Positions 18,027-28,285 of a DNA stretch of 49,365 bases are shown here, one piece after another (the first letter of the stretch is position 1; every line of letters starts with the position of its first letter). Made by a program: the position numbers and the translations under genes. The DNA is from a virus (lineage: Duplodnaviria; Caudoviricetes). The notes beneath the pieces were generated by a model. It did no database searches, was not told where the DNA came from, and saw only the letters and a program-made list of their open reading frames with translations. The DNA is taken from the IMG/VR virus record IMGVR_UViG_3300048848_000232, positions 1-49,365 of that record, one strand, 5' to 3'.

Positions 18027-18201
18027 GCCGCGCCGCTTCGACAACCCAGGCATGCCGCCCTCGAAATGGGGAGCCGACACGAAGGTTCGCGTCGTGTTCG
18101 CCAATGGTCGCCCGTCGCTCCACGCCTACCCCGTCAGTGCCTTGCGTTGGGACCTTGCTGGAGACGCTTGGGATATCGCAAGCTTTTGGAAAGACACGTG
18201 A
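18016..18201 (+). CDS. Small hypothetical protein
   Basis: 61 aa overlapping the primase stop. Confidence 0.55.
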   Translation: MQHEPRRFDNPGMPPSKWGADTKVRVVFANGRPSLHAYPVSALRWDLAGDAWDIASFWKDT

Positions 18202-18306
18202 AATGATCCCCACCCCCGCCCACCACTGCGGCGTCGAGATGGCGCCGGTCGAGCACCACACGAGAACCCCTTCCTCCACCCACCGCGGGCAGGCTGGAGA
18301 GGGGGA

Positions 18307-18510
18307 GTGAGGGCGCGCGTGAAAGCCGAGCCGGCACCGAACTGGCGGGTGATAGCCGTCATCCCCGCCGATCGCCTGGACGGCCGTGACATGCTGCTGT
18401 GGACCGTTCGCGTGATCCTCGGCTCGTGGTGCGATGGCTGGTGCGACGCGGTGGGCCGTCCGGTTCATGGGGTGACGCATTGGGCTGATGTTGAGGGGCC
18501 GGTGACATGA
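18307..18510 (+). CDS. Small DUF551-like protein
   Basis: WRVI...VTHWADVEGP. Confidence 0.55.
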   Translation: MRARVKAEPAPNWRVIAVIPADRLDGRDMLLWTVRVILGSWCDGWCDAVGRPVHGVTHWADVEGPVT

Positions 18511-18737
18511 CCGTGATCAGCGACCACGCCATCATGCGCTGGCTCGAGCGCGTGAAAGGCATCAACCTTGATGCGGTCCGTGCCGAGATGGCGACACCCG
18601 CCCTCGCAATGGCCGATGCGTTCGGGTGCCCTGTCTTGATCGGGCGCAACGGCGAACGACTTGTGATCAGAGACGGCGTCGTGGTGACGGTGATTGCCAA
18701 GGCGCGGAATGTTGGGAGGACGATAAATCATGAGTGA
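18507..18737 (+). CDS. Small phage protein (SDHA..RWLER motif)
   Basis: 76 aa, coupled, just upstream of the terminase genes. Confidence 0.6.
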   Translation: MTVISDHAIMRWLERVKGINLDAVRAEMATPALAMADAFGCPVLIGRNGERLVIRDGVVVTVIAKARNVGRTINHE

Positions 18738-19236
18738 AGACCGCGATGAGGACACCGGACGCTTCCTGCCTGGAAATCGCTTCTGGGAGGTTCGCTCAAG
18801 CCATGGCCGGAACCCGCTGTTTACCGACCCAAACGGCCTGTGGGACGCTTGTTGCGAGTATTTTCACTGGAATGATACCAACCCGCTCTACGAGGATAAT
18901 CTCGTGACCTTCCAAGGGTCGGCTAGTCATGAGCCATTGGCTAAGATGCGCGCCATGACGATCGGTGGCCTATGCATGTTTCTCGACGTCGATGAGGTTA
19001 CGTGGCGAGACTGGCGAAAGACCCGAACCGATTTATCTCCGGTCATATCGCGAGCCGAGAGCGTGATCTATCGACAGAAGTTTGAGGGGGCGTCGGCCAG
19101 CATGCTGAACCCCAACATCATCGCTCGAGACCTTGGCTTGGCGGACAAGAAAGAGTTGTCCAACCCGGACGGCACCCTTCGTCCTGTCGTGGTTGAGTTC
19201 ATAGCGCCACAGGTTGCAGATGCGCGCGACGATTGA
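18730..19236 (+). CDS. terS: Terminase small subunit (P22 gp3-like)
   Basis: GNRFWEVRSSHGRNP...RAMTIGGLCMFL...QKFEGA...LNPNIIARDLGL. Confidence 0.9.
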   Translation: MSEDRDEDTGRFLPGNRFWEVRSSHGRNPLFTDPNGLWDACCEYFHWNDTNPLYEDNLVTFQGSASHEPLAKMRAMTIGGLCMFLDVDEVTWRDWRKTRTDLSPVISRAESVIYRQKFEGASASMLNPNIIARDLGLADKKELSNPDGTLRPVVVEFIAPQVADARDD

Positions 19237-20500
19237 AGAACTGCCGAAGCTGACGGCGAACTTCTCGCGACCTGCTCGCACTCGTGTGTTTAAGGGCGGG
19301 CGAGGGAGCGGCAAGACGCGTGGCCTAGCTCTGAGATCGGCACTACGCATCTACCAGCTTGCTGAACAAGGTGTTGAGGGCGTATTCCTTGCCAGCCGCG
19401 AACACCTCAACAGCCTTGACGAAAGCTCGATGGAGGAAATAAAATCCGCCATCCGTAGCGAACCGTGGCTTGCCGACTACTTCGACATTGGCGAAAAATA
19501 CATACGCACCCGCAATAGGCGGATCAACTATGCCTTCGCGGGACTGCGTCATAATCTCGACAGCATCAAATCCAAAGCGCGGATCATCGGCAATTGGACC
19601 GACGAAGCCGAGAGCGTTTCGGACCTTGCCTGGCGCAAGCTGATCCCGACCCTGCGCGAAGAGGGGGCAGGGTGGCAGGCTGAAAACTGGATCAGCTACA
19701 ACCCCGAAAGCCCTGAGAGCGCGACCCACAAGCGGTTCATCGAGCAGCGGGAAGCCGACTGCATCGTGTCGGAGGTGAATTACACCGACAACCCGTGGTT
19801 CCCCGAGATCCTGGAGAAGGCGAGGCTTGCTGATCAGCGTCTAAGGCCAGACACCTACGACCACATCTGGGGAGGCGCATTCCTCACTCTAACGGACGCG
19901 CAGATATTCGCCCGCAAGTTCGTGGTGGACGATTTCGAGCCTGACCGGGAATGGGACGGCCCTTATCAGGGTGGCGACTTCGGGTTTAGCCAAGACCCCG
20001 CCGCAGCGGTTAGGTGCTGGATCGGTCATGACCCGTACGAGCGACCTGGTCTGGGTTCGCGCGGGTATGGCGATAACTGCCTGTGGATCGAATACGAGGC
20101 CGGCAAGGTCGCGCTCGAGCTGGACGACTACAAGACATTCATAGGGGACCTAATCCCGCGTTTTGCCGATTACGCTACGAGGTGGGACAGTGCGCAGCCG
20201 GGGATGATCAGCCACATTAAGCGGCATGGCCTACCCCGGTCCGAAGGTGTGGAGAAGTGGGCCGGCAGCGTTGAGGACGGCATCGCATTCGTCCGTAACT
20301 TCGATCGCGTGGTGATCCATTCGCGGTGTGTTGAGACGGCGCGTGAGTTCCGTTTGTACAGCTACAAGGTTGACCGGCTGTCGGGTGATATCCTCCCAGT
20401 CATCGTCGACGCGAATAACCATTACATCGATGCGACCCGGTACGCGCTGGGACCCATGGTTCGCGCACAAGCCAACGAGGGGTGGTTCATGACCCGATAA
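19220..20500 (+). CDS. terL: Terminase large subunit (PBSX family)
   Basis: GGRGSGKT Walker A, WTDEAE Walker B, YNP, GGDFGF, NHYIDATRY. Confidence 0.95.
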   Translation: MRATIEELPKLTANFSRPARTRVFKGGRGSGKTRGLALRSALRIYQLAEQGVEGVFLASREHLNSLDESSMEEIKSAIRSEPWLADYFDIGEKYIRTRNRRINYAFAGLRHNLDSIKSKARIIGNWTDEAESVSDLAWRKLIPTLREEGAGWQAENWISYNPESPESATHKRFIEQREADCIVSEVNYTDNPWFPEILEKARLADQRLRPDTYDHIWGGAFLTLTDAQIFARKFVVDDFEPDREWDGPYQGGDFGFSQDPAAAVRCWIGHDPYERPGLGSRGYGDNCLWIEYEAGKVALELDDYKTFIGDLIPRFADYATRWDSAQPGMISHIKRHGLPRSEGVEKWAGSVEDGIAFVRNFDRVVIHSRCVETAREFRLYSYKVDRLSGDILPVIVDANNHYIDATRYALGPMVRAQANEGWFMTR

Positions 20501-20554
20501 CGACCGCTGTTACTAGCGATAACCCCGCTTCCTCTAATAACAGCCGCTACCGCC

Positions 20555-20601
20555 CGCGCAATATTATTGCTCAATCACGCAACTTCACGTAACTATGCGA
20601 T
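20555..20601 (+). promoter_or_regulatory. Putative late promoter, copy 1
   Basis: CGCGCA-N6-TTGC-N18-GTAAC-N8-ATG. Confidence 0.7.
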
Positions 20602-21981
20602 ATGGTCGGTCAGAGCTCAATCATCGCCAACGCGGTCGGCGCGGTTCGCAGTCGCCTCCAGCGCGCCATGCCGTGGGCCTACGGGGCCAACACCAAGCAC
20701 GACTACGGCAAGGACTATGGCTGGCCTGAGACGCTAGGCTTCGACCAGTTCTACCGGATGTATTCGCGCTCGGGCATCGCGGCCGCGGCTATCGACAAGA
20801 CGGTAGCCAAGACCTGGCAAACCATGCCGACGCTGTGGGAGTCGGAGAAGCCCGCTGAGAGTGAGGCTGAGGCCAAGATCCGCAAGCATTTTGCCAAGCG
20901 TAAGATTTGGCGGACGTTGATGGACGCCGACCGCCGCTCGATGGTGGGCCGGTATGCCGGTGCGATCATCCTGTTGCGTGATGGTCTGAAGCTAGACCAG
21001 CCTGTCTCGACTGTACCGAAGGGTATCGAGAGCGTCGCCGGTGTCATCGCCGTGTGGGAAGGCCAGCTCAAGGTCGCCATCTGGGATCAGGACCAGACCA
21101 GCGAGACCTATGGCGAGCCATTGATATTCCAGTACGACGAGCAGGCGATCGGCGACCCGCAGAACGTTGCCAAGACCGGTATCCCGATCCACCGCGACCG
21201 CCTGCTGATTTGGTCAGACGACGGCACGCTGAATTGCTCGTCTGCGCTTGAGCCTGGCTTCAACGACCTGACCGACGCGGAGAAGATCAAGGGCGCGGGC
21301 GGGGAGGGCTTCTGGAAGTCCGCCCGAGGCGCCCCGATCATCGAAGCACCCAAGGGAGTGTCTCAGCAGGACGTCATGCGCGGCATGGACGCGAAGACGC
21401 CTGCGGAGACCATTGAGAAGCTCAACGAGACGGTCGACGATTTCCAGTCGGGTTTCGACAAAGCTCTGATGCTTGGCAGCTTCAACGTCACCCCGCTCAC
21501 GATCACGCTGCCCCAGCCCAAAGAGTTCTGGGAGCTATGCGCGCAAGGGTTCGCCGCATCCATGAGTATCCCGGTCAAGGTGCTCATCGGCAACGTCACC
21601 GGCGAGCGCGCCAGCACCGAGGACGCGAACGAGTGGGCGCAGACGAATATGTCGCGTCGTGAGAACCGCGTGCTGCCGATCCTTCAGGAGTTCATTGACC
21701 GGCTCGTTCGGTGGGGCGCGCTGGAGGCGAAGGACTGGACGATTGGCTGGCAGGATCTGACCGAGGCGTCACCCGACAGTAAGCTCGACCGCGCCGTGAA
21801 GATGTCCACTATCAATAAGTACGCTGGCAGCGAACTCGTGTTCCTGCCCGACGAGATACGCGACGAGGCTGGGTTCGCTGCGGCCGAAGAGGTCGAAGGC
21901 TTTGCCCAGTTCCTAGAGCAGCGCCGGCAGGACGCCGAGGACGCGCCGACACAGACTATACCGCAAGAGGTCCAGCCATGA
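20602..21981 (+). CDS. Portal protein (DUF1073 family)
   Basis: 459 aa after terL; YGWPETLGF...KIKGAGGEGFWKSAR...TGERASTED. Confidence 0.85.
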   Translation: MVGQSSIIANAVGAVRSRLQRAMPWAYGANTKHDYGKDYGWPETLGFDQFYRMYSRSGIAAAAIDKTVAKTWQTMPTLWESEKPAESEAEAKIRKHFAKRKIWRTLMDADRRSMVGRYAGAIILLRDGLKLDQPVSTVPKGIESVAGVIAVWEGQLKVAIWDQDQTSETYGEPLIFQYDEQAIGDPQNVAKTGIPIHRDRLLIWSDDGTLNCSSALEPGFNDLTDAEKIKGAGGEGFWKSARGAPIIEAPKGVSQQDVMRGMDAKTPAETIEKLNETVDDFQSGFDKALMLGSFNVTPLTITLPQPKEFWELCAQGFAASMSIPVKVLIGNVTGERASTEDANEWAQTNMSRRENRVLPILQEFIDRLVRWGALEAKDWTIGWQDLTEASPDSKLDRAVKMSTINKYAGSELVFLPDEIRDEAGFAAAEEVEGFAQFLEQRRQDAEDAPTQTIPQEVQP

Positions 21982-23105
21982 AGCAAGTCCGTCTCAACGT
22001 CAGCGCGGTCGTCAACGCCAGCAAGATCCGCACCGAGAAGCGCAACGGCCGCGACGTCATCATCGTGCCGAGTGCAACGCTGCCCGACAACATCGTCATG
22101 AATGGTAGTGGGGGGCCAATCCTGTACCCGGCCGACGAGATCGCCAAGGCGTTCAAGGGGCTCGAGCGGACGCCGGCACCGCTCGGGCACCCGACCGTCA
22201 ACGGCAAGTTCGTATCGGCTCGAGACCCGGAAGGCCTGACGCAGGGCTGGATCGGCGCTTGGAATGAGAACGTGCGCCAAGAGAACGGCCGTGTGCTGCT
22301 CGACAAGGTGATCGACGTTGAAGTCGCGAACCAGTCGGTAGGCGGCAAGTCCGTGCTGGCCGCGATCGACAAGCAAGAGCCGATCCACACCAGCACCGGC
22401 ATCCTCATGATGCTCGATGTCGCGAACGCAGCGGATCACAAGTTCGTCGCGCGCAACATGGTATTCGACCACGACGCGATCCTGCTGGCCGGACCAGGCG
22501 CGGCCACTCCCGAGCAAGGCGTCGGCATGTTCGTTAATGCCGCCGGCGACGAACTGGAGGTCATCAATTCCACGCTCGGAGAGAACGCCGACGAGGAAAT
22601 AGACTGGGCTGTTGATAGTTTAGTGCGTGCTATTGAACGAAAGAAACAATTGCCGTTGCTAGAACGCATGAAAATGTCTATCATGCAGCTTATCCAAGGC
22701 GACCCGACGCCTGACAACACCGAGGGCGCTGCCCTGACTGCGAATGGGGACACCATGGACAAGGCTCAGTTCGACGAACTCTCGGGGAAGGTCGCGGCTC
22801 TGTCCGATACCATGACCGGGCTCGATGCGAAGATTGCGACCGCGGTCGGTAACGCGCTCAAGCCGGTGACCGATGCAATGGAAGCTCAGGCGACTGCCGC
22901 AGCGGACAAGGCGAAGACCGAGCACGCCGACCTCGTCTCGAAGGTCGTCGCAAACGGCCTGCTCGACGAAGCGATCGCCAAGGACGCCACGACCCCGGTG
23001 CTGAACGCGCTGCTGTCGAAGGGCCCTGCACCCGCCTTCCGCGTCAACGGCGCCTTCAAGCCGGCAGGCGACAAGCCCGCGTTCACCGCGCCGAAGGGGG
23101 AGTAA
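21978..23105 (+). CDS. Prohead protease/scaffold (DUF2213-like)
   Basis: PLGHP, TSTG, DHDAILL...GAATPEQGVG; helical C-terminus. Confidence 0.8.
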   Translation: MKQVRLNVSAVVNASKIRTEKRNGRDVIIVPSATLPDNIVMNGSGGPILYPADEIAKAFKGLERTPAPLGHPTVNGKFVSARDPEGLTQGWIGAWNENVRQENGRVLLDKVIDVEVANQSVGGKSVLAAIDKQEPIHTSTGILMMLDVANAADHKFVARNMVFDHDAILLAGPGAATPEQGVGMFVNAAGDELEVINSTLGENADEEIDWAVDSLVRAIERKKQLPLLERMKMSIMQLIQGDPTPDNTEGAALTANGDTMDKAQFDELSGKVAALSDTMTGLDAKIATAVGNALKPVTDAMEAQATAAADKAKTEHADLVSKVVANGLLDEAIAKDATTPVLNALLSKGPAPAFRVNGAFKPAGDKPAFTAPKGE

Positions 23106-23111
23106 CCAGCC

Positions 23112-23561
23112 ATGGCACGCTACAACAAGATCTTCGCCGGTCCTGCTCAGCAGGTGCTTCCCCAGGTGCAGGAGCGTATCTGCCCAACCGCCGTTCTGCC
23201 CGGCACTGCCCTGATCGAGAATGGCTCTGCGTTCGCCCAGGCCGGCGCATCGGCCCCGACCAAGGTCTACATCGCACAGGACGACTATCTTGCGCAGGCC
23301 AACGTCGACACGGCCTGGCCTGCCGGTGATCGCGTGATCGGCATGGAGCCGCTCGACGAGCTGTTCTTCAACGTTCGCGTGCCGACCGGTACCAACGTGG
23401 CGCGCGGTGCCAACCTGACCACGACCGCAGCCGGCAAGTTTGCCGTCGCGACCACGGGGCAGCGCGTCATCATGATCGCCGAAGAGGCCTACAACAACAC
23501 ATCCGGGGCGGACCAGTTGGTTCGCGCGCGCAAGGCGCAGCCCGGCATGACCGTCGCGTAA
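23112..23561 (+). CDS. Head decoration protein
   Basis: 149 aa between the scaffold and capsid genes. Confidence 0.7.
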   Translation: MARYNKIFAGPAQQVLPQVQERICPTAVLPGTALIENGSAFAQAGASAPTKVYIAQDDYLAQANVDTAWPAGDRVIGMEPLDELFFNVRVPTGTNVARGANLTTTAAGKFAVATTGQRVIMIAEEAYNNTSGADQLVRARKAQPGMTVA

Positions 23562-23573
23562 GGGGGAAGCGAA

Positions 23574-24611
23574 ATGCGTTACTTCGATCAACAGCTTATC
23601 GCCAACCACCCGCGCGAGCATGGGGTGTGGTGGGACGACGTGTGCATGGAGCGCGAGTTCTTCCACCAGACCGAAGATGCGATGGCATCGGTCGGCAACG
23701 CCGCGTCGGTCCTGCCGCGCGACGCGTGGCTCGACATGGACAACATCACCCGCCGTGTCATGCGCGCGGACGAGGGCGCCGGCTGGATGGCCGACCTGAT
23801 GCCGCTGGCCAAGCCGGTGAACATCGGCAAGCTGGTCCACCTGAACCGCGTCTCGTCCGACGCCGGCACCGTGATCCGCAGCATGTCGGGTCAGGTTCCT
23901 GTTCCGATCGACAAGGTGACGCACGACTATCGCGGTACGGTCGTTCCGATGTTTCACACCGGCTACGGCCGCGAGTGGCGCGAATGGAACAGCCAGCAGT
24001 CGGAGAACTTCGACGCGCTCGCCGACGACCAGGAAGCGCACACCGCCAAGATCCGTCGCGATCAGGCGCTCTATGTTCTGAACGGCGATCCGTCGATCGT
24101 CTTCCAGGGCTACACCGGCTGGGGTATCCGCACCCATCCGCTGTCCAAGTCGATCAACATCGGTGCGGCTGGTTCGAACATCAATCTGACGACCGCCACG
24201 GCGGACGCGCTCGACGCGTTCTTCACCGGCCCGTTCGGCGCGATGCTCGATGCCAACCTGATCGTCGGCAAGGTCAATATCTACATCTCGCCCGACATCG
24301 CGCGTGCATGGGACAAGACCTATTCGGGCAGCGCTGGCTTCAAGCAGGGTACGGTGTTCGACTTCCTGAAGACGAACCGCCGCATCAACAAGATCGAGGT
24401 CTCGTACGAGCTGACGGGTAACGAGTTCTTCGGCTTCGTTCCGAACGCGGAATACATTCGCCCGCTCGTCGGCATGGCAGTGAACACGATCGCGATGCCG
24501 CGCACCCACCCGCGCAGCAACTACCAGTTCGAACTGGCGGGCGCTCTCGGTCTGGAGATCCGCACCGACTTCAACGGTCGCGGCGGGGTCTTCTACAGCG
24601 TCAGCGTCTGA
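23574..24611 (+). CDS. Major capsid protein
   Basis: 345 aa, strong codon bias, position, followed by a terminator. Confidence 0.88.
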   Translation: MRYFDQQLIANHPREHGVWWDDVCMEREFFHQTEDAMASVGNAASVLPRDAWLDMDNITRRVMRADEGAGWMADLMPLAKPVNIGKLVHLNRVSSDAGTVIRSMSGQVPVPIDKVTHDYRGTVVPMFHTGYGREWREWNSQQSENFDALADDQEAHTAKIRRDQALYVLNGDPSIVFQGYTGWGIRTHPLSKSINIGAAGSNINLTTATADALDAFFTGPFGAMLDANLIVGKVNIYISPDIARAWDKTYSGSAGFKQGTVFDFLKTNRRINKIEVSYELTGNEFFGFVPNAEYIRPLVGMAVNTIAMPRTHPRSNYQFELAGALGLEIRTDFNGRGGVFYSVSV

Positions 24612-24638
24612 CGACTGCGCATCACGGTAACTGGGGAG

Positions 24639-24671
24639 GGCGGGCCGTCGAAACGCCCGCCTTTTCTGTTT
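24639..24671 (+). terminator. Intrinsic terminator after the capsid gene
   Basis: GGCGGGC...GCCCGCC followed by TTTTCTGTTT. Confidence 0.75.
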
Positions 24672-24684
24672 CAGGAGCTACGAC

Positions 24685-24951
24685 ATGAAGATCAGCATCA
24701 CGGGCAAGGGTATCTACGGTCTCGCGGCATCGGACGACAATCCGCTGGGCGAATACCCGATTGGCCACGAGATCGACCTGGGCGACAACGATGCTCCCGC
24801 TGGCTGGGTTGGCCGCTACGAAGTCGTGGGCGGTAAGCCCGCCAAGGATTCGCAGTTCATTGCCAACCCGGACGATGCCGCTGAGCGTGGCACCGAGAGC
24901 AAGGACGAGGCCGACAAGCCGCGCCGCGGTCGCCCGCCTGCGCAGCACTGA
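24685..24951 (+). CDS. Small head-associated protein
   Basis: 88 aa, AGGAG RBS, basic tail. Confidence 0.7.
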   Translation: MKISITGKGIYGLAASDDNPLGEYPIGHEIDLGDNDAPAGWVGRYEVVGGKPAKDSQFIANPDDAAERGTESKDEADKPRRGRPPAQH

Positions 24952-24959
24952 GAGGCGGC

Positions 24960-25454
24960 GTGGCCGCGTATGGTTCAGACGAAGGCTTTACGGCCTATCT
25001 TGCCGAGCAGGGTTACACCTTGCCCGCTGGTGCTCCCTCGCCGGCCGTCCTGCGTGCGCGGGGTAGCGCCTATGTCGACGGCTACGAGGCGTTCTGGACC
25101 GGGTACCGCACTGGCGGCGTGATGCAGGAGCTTGCCTGGCCGCGCACAGCCGCAACGATCGGCTGCACCATCGCGATCGCCGACGACGTGATCCCTCCCG
25201 CGGTTGTCGCCGCTGCGTATCGGGCCGCATGGCTGGAGGCGATGACGACGGGTATTCTAACCGGCTCGGTTGTCACGACCGGCAAGCGCGTGAAGCGGCA
25301 GAAGGTCGACGTCATCGAGCGCGAGTTCTTCGACGACGGCAAGGCGGCTGTAGGATCAGGACCCGCGTTCATCGACAGCATCATCGACGGCGCGCTTCGG
25401 CAGTTCATTTGCGAGGCCACAGGCGGGGCGTTTATGTGGAGCCTCGGTAGCTGA
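24960..25454 (+). CDS. Head-tail adaptor (DnaT-like family)
   Basis: QELAWPR...IPPAV...KRQKVDVIEREF. Confidence 0.75.
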   Translation: MAAYGSDEGFTAYLAEQGYTLPAGAPSPAVLRARGSAYVDGYEAFWTGYRTGGVMQELAWPRTAATIGCTIAIADDVIPPAVVAAAYRAAWLEAMTTGILTGSVVTTGKRVKRQKVDVIEREFFDDGKAAVGSGPAFIDSIIDGALRQFICEATGGAFMWSLGS

Positions 25455-25455
25455 C

Positions 25456-25851
25456 GTGGCCGATTTCTATGACGAGATGGCGCAGGCCACGCGCGAGCTA
25501 CTCGCTCCAACCAGCGAAGACGGGCTGGGGCAGGGCAGCATTGCGCTCGTCCGCTATGTCGAGGGCTCGCCTCCTGCCAACCCTTGGGACCCGTCACCCG
25601 AACCGACGCGGCAAGTCACGCCGCTAGACGGTGCTGCGCGTGGTGTCGGCAAGGAGTTGATCGGCGCACCTGTTGAGACTGGTGGCCAGATCGTCGCAAC
25701 GGACCTTGTCGTGATCGTCTCGCCTTGGGGTGGCGCAGTTGAGCCCGGTTATGTGCTGGAGATCGACGGTTTGCCGGTTACGATCCTGAAGGCTGAGAAT
25801 ATCCCTGCGGCTGGAACCGTGTGCGCGCATCGCTTCGTGGTGCGTCGATGA
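25456..25851 (+). CDS. Head closure / head-tail joining protein
   Basis: FYDEMAQATRELL...GQG; position. Confidence 0.7.
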   Translation: MADFYDEMAQATRELLAPTSEDGLGQGSIALVRYVEGSPPANPWDPSPEPTRQVTPLDGAARGVGKELIGAPVETGGQIVATDLVVIVSPWGGAVEPGYVLEIDGLPVTILKAENIPAAGTVCAHRFVVRR

Positions 25852-27131
25852 CCGAGGAACTTAACGACCTGATCAGCGGGCTCGAGGCGTCGCTAGCCGC
25901 CATTTTCCTCGCCGCGATCCTGCTGTGGCGCACGGGTATAGACTACCTCGCGCTGGTGGCGGCTCTACGCGATCGGGATGTCGAGGGCGCCCTGTACGCG
26001 CTGCACATCGATCGCGACGTGTTCAGCGATTACTCGCTCGAGCGGCAGTCGGCTTTTGCCAAGGTGGGCGCGGTCGAGGCGGACGCTCTGACGAAGGACA
26101 AGACGGCGTTCTTCAAGAAGCGGGACCGTGAGACGCGCACGCTGCCTGGGCTTCCGGGTGGAGCACCACAGCCTACCGCCCGCGCGCCCGACTTTGAACC
26201 GCCCCGCACGCCAGCCCCCGTGCGCCCGACGTCTGCGCCTGCGGCACCTACCGCGCCCGCGCCGACCGTTCCGCCCACCACGCGCCCGCCTGCGCCGCCC
26301 ACGCTCGCCGCGCCCGGCGGTGGATCAATCATGTTCCGCTTCGATATGACTAACCCGCGTGCTGAGACCAAGATCCGCACCGAGGCCGCAGCGCGCATCA
26401 CCGGATACGTTGCTGAGCAAATCGAAACCGCTCGCCGCGTGATCGCGGACGGGTTCCAGCGTGGAGAGGGGCCGCAGACGATCGCGACGGACATCACCGG
26501 CCGCATCAACCCGATCAGCGGCAGGCGGGAAGGCGGCATCGTCGGGCTGTCCGATCCGCAGGTGGATTATGTCGAGAACATGCGACGCCGGCTGCTGTCG
26601 AGCGATCCTGACGAGATGCTCAAAGTGCTGGGCCGTTTCGACAAGGACGGCAAGTGGGTCGAGGGCACGGGCCAGACGTTGCGCGATCGGCGGTTTGATC
26701 CTGCAATCAAGAAGGCGATCCGCGACGTCGCGGCAGGCAAACCCAATCCGTTGACCGGCGAAAAGATCGACGAGATGACCGCGAAGTATTCCGACCGGCT
26801 GCTGAAGCGGCGTGCGGAGGACATCGCGCGGACGGAGACGGCGCAAGGTGTCGAGATGGCGCGTGCGGAGGCCACCAAGCAGGCGCTGGCCAAGGACGGA
26901 CTGCCCGACGACGCGGTGACTAAAGAGTGGATCCACCAGGGCGGTATTCGTCATGCTCGGGACGGTCATCTGGCCATGAACGGCAGCACCGTCGTCGGCA
27001 CCGACACCCCGTTCTTCCTGCCTGATGGCTCGGTCATGCTCTACCCGCACGACCCGGATGGCGGGGTGAAGAACAACGCGAATTGCAGATGCCGCGGCGA
27101 GCACGCGATCGACTGGGCATTCGGAATTTAG
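25848..27131 (+). CDS. Minor head morphogenesis protein (MuF/SPP1 gp7-like) with Pro-rich insert
   Basis: RAEDIARTE, KEW...RDGH, YPHDP...NCRC. Confidence 0.82.
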   Translation: MTEELNDLISGLEASLAAIFLAAILLWRTGIDYLALVAALRDRDVEGALYALHIDRDVFSDYSLERQSAFAKVGAVEADALTKDKTAFFKKRDRETRTLPGLPGGAPQPTARAPDFEPPRTPAPVRPTSAPAAPTAPAPTVPPTTRPPAPPTLAAPGGGSIMFRFDMTNPRAETKIRTEAAARITGYVAEQIETARRVIADGFQRGEGPQTIATDITGRINPISGRREGGIVGLSDPQVDYVENMRRRLLSSDPDEMLKVLGRFDKDGKWVEGTGQTLRDRRFDPAIKKAIRDVAAGKPNPLTGEKIDEMTAKYSDRLLKRRAEDIARTETAQGVEMARAEATKQALAKDGLPDDAVTKEWIHQGGIRHARDGHLAMNGSTVVGTDTPFFLPDGSVMLYPHDPDGGVKNNANCRCRGEHAIDWAFGI

Positions 27132-27144
27132 AAGGAGAAAGACA

Positions 27145-27423
27145 ATGGCATGCATCAACTGTGAAAAGATCCGCGCCGCAATCCTGCACGGCAAGATGGC
27201 CGAAGCGCTTGGGCTGACGGTCGTTATGTTTCGCGAGAAGATGGGGCTATCGGTCGAGGGCGATCCCATGATCGACGCTGCAACGCTCCCATCGCTGTCG
27301 GGCAAGACAAAGGCCGAATTGCTCGCAATCGCGGCTGACGAGAAGGTCGACGTCGAGGAAGGCGCGACCAACGCGGATATCATCGACGCCATCGCCACCA
27401 AGCGCGAGCTGGTAGCGGCGTAA
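27145..27423 (+). CDS. Small protein with C-terminal HeH/Rho-N-like motif
   Basis: LSGKTKAELLAIA...ATNADIIDAI; N-terminal CINC. Confidence 0.6.
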   Translation: MACINCEKIRAAILHGKMAEALGLTVVMFREKMGLSVEGDPMIDAATLPSLSGKTKAELLAIAADEKVDVEEGATNADIIDAIATKRELVAA

Positions 27424-27857
27424 TGGCTTCGGCGTGGACAGGCACCGATCCGTCCGTATGGGGCGGCAGGACGGTTGCGGGCCTGACCGCGCTGCTGCGT
27501 AACTCCGTGCAGGCGTTGGCGAGCGAGGCGGGGCGGACGATCCCGAACGGTGGGCGCGTGCCGGTGAAGACGGGTAACCTCGCGCGATCCGTGGTGGTCA
27601 GCAAGACGCAACCGAACATCCTGGTGTACGGCCCGCCAGACCCGAACGCGCTGTCCGGTATCGCTACGATCAATCCCGGCGATCCTATCTTCCTGGGGTG
27701 GCAAGCGGTCTATTCTCGTCGCCAGAATTACGGGTACGTCGGCGCCGATAGTCTGGGCCGGACCTATAACCAGGCAGGGCATGGGTTTGCCGAAGCGACC
27801 GCGGCGAAATGGCCGAGCATCGTCGCCACCCAAGCCGCCAAGATGGGGAGCCGCTGA
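27423..27857 (+). CDS. Neck/tail-completion protein (HK97 gp10-like)
   Basis: PVKTGNLARS motif. Confidence 0.75.
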   Translation: MASAWTGTDPSVWGGRTVAGLTALLRNSVQALASEAGRTIPNGGRVPVKTGNLARSVVVSKTQPNILVYGPPDPNALSGIATINPGDPIFLGWQAVYSRRQNYGYVGADSLGRTYNQAGHGFAEATAAKWPSIVATQAAKMGSR

Positions 27858-28285
27858 TGCCGTCGATCGAGACAACGGACTGGCTGGCCCTGAAAGCCCG
27901 CGTCGACACGCTTGCAACTGATCCCGTGCTTCCCGTGTTCGAACCCGGCGCCATCGTCACACCCCCCAGCGACACAACCGGCCCCGCAGCCTTCATCCTC
28001 CTGTCCGACGTCACGAACGAACCGGTTCGCATGGGCATAGACCCACGCCTTCACGTCCGCAGCGGCACACTGATGCTTGCGCTGCAATGGCCGATCGCGC
28101 GGGCTGTCACGCATACCCGGCTCAAGGAGATCGCTGGCCAGATCGCGGCGCACTTCCCGGCTGATACCTGCATGACGTTCGGGGCGTCTCGGTTGCGGGT
28201 CACGCAGGATGCTGCGGCGATGCAGAGCTATATCGACGGTGCGTATCGGGTCGCCGTCGTGCGGGTGTTGTGGTCGTCAATGTAA
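27857..28285 (+). CDS. Tail terminator protein
   Basis: Position before the tail tube gene; AGQIAAHFP. Confidence 0.7.
   Translation: MPSIETTDWLALKARVDTLATDPVLPVFEPGAIVTPPSDTTGPAAFILLSDVTNEPVRMGIDPRLHVRSGTLMLALQWPIARAVTHTRLKEIAGQIAAHFPADTCMTFGASRLRVTQDAAAMQSYIDGAYRVAVVRVLWSSM

Noticed and set aside
20602-21981. DUF1073 protein as an anti-CBASS Acb1
   Set aside because: Size and position after terL indicate a portal; no separate 2H-phosphoesterase (paired HxT) domain was seen
22659-24509. 616-aa minus-strand ORF (also 26325..27917, 3571..4692, 6977..7918, 45742..46683, 47641..48570)
   Set aside because: Antisense shadows of real, codon-biased high-GC genes; no recognisable motifs
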